Origin: a virus
Lineage: Duplodnaviria; Heunggongvirae; Uroviricota; Caudoviricetes
Reading direction: 5' to 3' (one strand)
Length of the DNA stretch: 64,000 nucleotides
IMG/VR virus record: IMGVR_UViG_2563366840_000001
The notes under the pieces were generated by a model, which ran no database searches, was not told the DNA's origin, and was given only the letters and a program-made list of their open reading frames with translations. Below are positions 61,484 through 64,000 of this stretch, piece by piece. A program made the translations under genes and the position numbers. The stretch's first letter is position 1. Every line of letters starts with the position of its first letter.

Positions 61484-61831
61484 ATGAAAACAACTTCCGT
61501 ATTCTGGCAACCGGCCCTGCAGGCCCCTGGCGAAATCGTCCGGGGGCTGGATGATATCTGGCAGGCCATTCAAATCATCCTGCGAACTCCTCGCGGCAGC
61601 GACCCGCATCGCCCGGAGTTCGGCAGCAACCTGCATCTTTATATCGACTGGCCCATCGACCGGGCTATCCCACATGTGGTGCGCGAGTCCGTTGATGCCA
61701 TCCGGCGCTGGGAGCCTCGCTGCCAGCTTATGTCGGTTAAACCCGCCGTCGACGGTGAACATCTTACGCTCCGGGTGAGCTGGAAAGGCTCTGACGGACA
61801 GCCCCGGACTCAGGAGCTTTTATGGCGCTGA
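61484..61831 (+). CDS. Baseplate wedge protein, GPW/gp25-like (115 aa)
   Basis: Size and position. Confidence 0.55.
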   Translation: MKTTSVFWQPALQAPGEIVRGLDDIWQAIQIILRTPRGSDPHRPEFGSNLHLYIDWPIDRAIPHVVRESVDAIRRWEPRCQLMSVKPAVDGEHLTLRVSWKGSDGQPRTQELLWR

Positions 61832-62925
61832 CAGAACCCGATTTTATTGAACGCGATGCCGACAAAATCACGGCTGAAATGATTGCTCAGTACGAAGCCG
61901 CAACCGGCAAGACGCTGTACCCCGCCCAGGCTGAGCGCCTGTTGATTGACCTGTGGGCATACCGCGAAATGCTGGTCAGGGTAGCGGCGCAGGAAGCGGC
62001 CAAACAGAATCTGGTCGCCTTTGCCCGTGAGCCGATGATTGATTACCTCGGTGAACTGGTCGGTGTTTACCGCCTTGCCGCGCAGCCTGCCACCACCACT
62101 CTCCAGTTCTCCGTGGATGAGGCACTGGCCATTGATGTGCTGATTCCGGCAGGCACCCGCGTCAGCGCTTCCGACAGCATTATTTTTGCCACCGATACGG
62201 ACGTGGTGCTGAAAGCCGGATTGCTTCTGGTCAATGCCACGGCCACCTGTACCGAACCGGGAGCCGCTGGCAATGGCTGGCAACCTGCGCAGGTCAGTCA
62301 GTTGCTCGATGAGATTGATAACGTCGACCTGCAGGTGACCAATCTGATGGCAAGTTCTGGCGGTTCAGAGCAGGAAGACAATGACAGGCTCCGCGAGCGT
62401 ATCAAACTGGCCCCGGAGTCATTCACCAACGCCGGAAGCCGTATGGCATACCGCTTTCATGCCATGCAGGCCCATCCCAACATCGTCGACGTCGCTGTGC
62501 TCTCCCCGGTTCCCGGCACCGTAGAACTGTATCCGCTGCTCAGTACCGGCCTGCCGGAGGACAGCATCCTTACGCTGGTAGAGAGTTTCTGCTCGGACGA
62601 AAAAGTCAGGCCGCTCACTGACACCGTGCGGGCTAAAACACCTGTGCAGGTGGATTACGCCATTGAAGCCAACATCACTATCTATCGTGATCAGGATGCC
62701 AACTCGATAAAGGACAACGCCAACAGCGCCATACAGAACTGGGTGGCGTCCCGTACCGCCACGCTGGGGCGCGATATTGTCCCCAGTCAGATTATCAGCG
62801 TGCTGTCCGTTGCCGGAGTGTATCAGGTCGAACTGGTGACACCAGTGCTGAAGGTAGTGGCAGAAAACGAATGGGCAAACTGTACGGCGATCACTCTTAA
62901 CATGACCGGGGTGTCCGATGGCTGA
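61822..62925 (+). CDS. Baseplate J-like protein (367 aa)
   Basis: Size and position. Confidence 0.65.
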   Translation: MALTEPDFIERDADKITAEMIAQYEAATGKTLYPAQAERLLIDLWAYREMLVRVAAQEAAKQNLVAFAREPMIDYLGELVGVYRLAAQPATTTLQFSVDEALAIDVLIPAGTRVSASDSIIFATDTDVVLKAGLLLVNATATCTEPGAAGNGWQPAQVSQLLDEIDNVDLQVTNLMASSGGSEQEDNDRLRERIKLAPESFTNAGSRMAYRFHAMQAHPNIVDVAVLSPVPGTVELYPLLSTGLPEDSILTLVESFCSDEKVRPLTDTVRAKTPVQVDYAIEANITIYRDQDANSIKDNANSAIQNWVASRTATLGRDIVPSQIISVLSVAGVYQVELVTPVLKVVAENEWANCTAITLNMTGVSDG

Positions 62926-63496
62926 GCCGCTACAACTCCCGCCACCGCTTGAGGGTGATATCAGTCTCAGAACGCTGGGAAGACTCGCCGGGCGGCTGGA
63001 TAACATCGACCTGAGCGTACTGATGGTCTATCTCGTCGATATTGTCGACAGTTCCGCGCTGCCATGGCTGGGCGAGCAGTTCTCACTGTTCGGCGATGGC
63101 TGGGAGCTGGCGGAATCTGACGATGTACGCCGCATGCTTATCAAATCCGCTATCGAGCTGCACCGCTACAAAGGGACGCCGTGGTCAATCAGGGAAATTA
63201 TCCGCCGTTTCGGCTTCGGCGAAGTGGATCTGATTGAAGGCACTGGCCAGATTGGCTACGACGGCAAACACACTTACAACGGGCTTTTCGTTCATGGCGA
63301 TGCGGAAGCCTGGGCGGTATATCGCGTCATCCTTCAACAGCCCATCACTAACGATCAGGCGGCGCTGTTACGCCAGACGCTCGCTGCTTTTGCTCCGGCC
63401 CGCTGCCATCTGGCAAGCCTGGAGTATCAGTCTGTCGCCATTCGCTACAACAACACCGCCAACTATGACGGCAGCTATAACCACGGGAGCAGTTAA
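62918..63496 (+). CDS. Tail protein I-like (192 aa)
   Basis: Position between baseplate J and tail fibre. Confidence 0.55.
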   Translation: MAEPLQLPPPLEGDISLRTLGRLAGRLDNIDLSVLMVYLVDIVDSSALPWLGEQFSLFGDGWELAESDDVRRMLIKSAIELHRYKGTPWSIREIIRRFGFGEVDLIEGTGQIGYDGKHTYNGLFVHGDAEAWAVYRVILQQPITNDQAALLRQTLAAFAPARCHLASLEYQSVAIRYNNTANYDGSYNHGSS

Positions 63497-63498
63497 TT

Positions 63499-64000
63499 AT
63501 GGCAAACCTACCTGAAACACCGCAGTGGGAAGAAGGCATCTACCAGATTGAGGTCTCTGACCCCGTTCTGGGTGGGCCTGACGGAATCTCTAACCGTCAG
63601 GGTAAACAACTGGCCAGCCGCACGCTGTACCTGAAGCAACAGGTTGAAAAAGGCGGTTCTGAACTTGCGAAACACATCGCGGCAGCAGACCCGCATACCC
63701 AGTACGCACCGAAAGCCAGCCCGACATTCACCGGCACGCCAACAGCGCCTACGCCTGCAAATAGTGATAACAGCAAGAAGCTGGCGACGACAGAGTTTGT
63801 GGCCAAAGCACTTGCGGCGCTTGCTGGCAGCGCTCCTGAGACGCTGGATACGCTCAAAGAGCTGGCTGATGCCCTCGGCAACGATCCGAATTTTGCGACC
63901 ACGGTGTTGAACAAGCTGGCGGAAAAGCTGGCCAAAGACCAGCACGGCGCAGATATTCCTGACCCGGCGCTCTTTGTCAAAAACCTTGGTTTGGGAGAAG
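63499..64000 (+). CDS. Tail fibre protein, N-terminal part; continues beyond window end
   Basis: ATG at 63499 gives MANLPETPQWEEGIYQIEVSDPVLGG...; open to the window edge, so absent from ORF track. Confidence 0.6.
   Translation, partial: MANLPETPQWEEGIYQIEVSDPVLGGPDGISNRQGKQLASRTLYLKQQVEKGGSELAKHIAAADPHTQYAPKASPTFTGTPTAPTPANSDNSKKLATTEFVAKALAALAGSAPETLDTLKELADALGNDPNFATTVLNKLAEKLAKDQHGADIPDPALFVKNLGLGE

Overview
This 64-kb window is a composite of two phage genomes. Positions 1 to about 32.2 kb are a P1-like phage-plasmid segment, read in reverse orientation relative to the usual P1 map. It carries ref (cut by the window edge), cre, loxP, the immC region (coi, c1 and C1 operator matches), pacB-pacA with the GATC-hexamer pac site, lpa, pdcB/pdcA, the phd-doc toxin-antitoxin pair, humD behind a consensus LexA box, a long block of mostly uncharacterised early genes with repeated C1 operator matches, a lambda-type Ser/Thr phosphatase, and ban. 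One gene in this block is interrupted by a 1310-bp IS629-like insertion sequence with a 3-bp GAA target duplication. From just upstream of ban to the end of the window lies a transposable prophage of the Mu superfamily with BcepMu-like layout. Its early operon (Ner-like, rve-type DDE transposase, AAA+ transposition ATPase, GemA-like, Mor-like) is on the minus strand, divergent from a repressor gene; a lipoprotein and a Dam methyltransferase follow; and a plus-strand late region runs from the lysis cassette through head and contractile-tail genes to a tail-fibre gene cut by the window end. The most interesting candidates are this phage-in-phage junction and several small loci I do not recall from canonical P1: an antirepressor-like gene between c1 and pacB, a LexA-associated small operon, an AT-rich island with a small hydrophobic ORF, and a glycosyltransferase operon downstream of ban. 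No rRNA, tRNA or CRISPR array was found. All calls rest on reading the sequence and ORF translations plus recalled family knowledge; no database search was run, and coordinates of short sites may be off by 1-2 bp.
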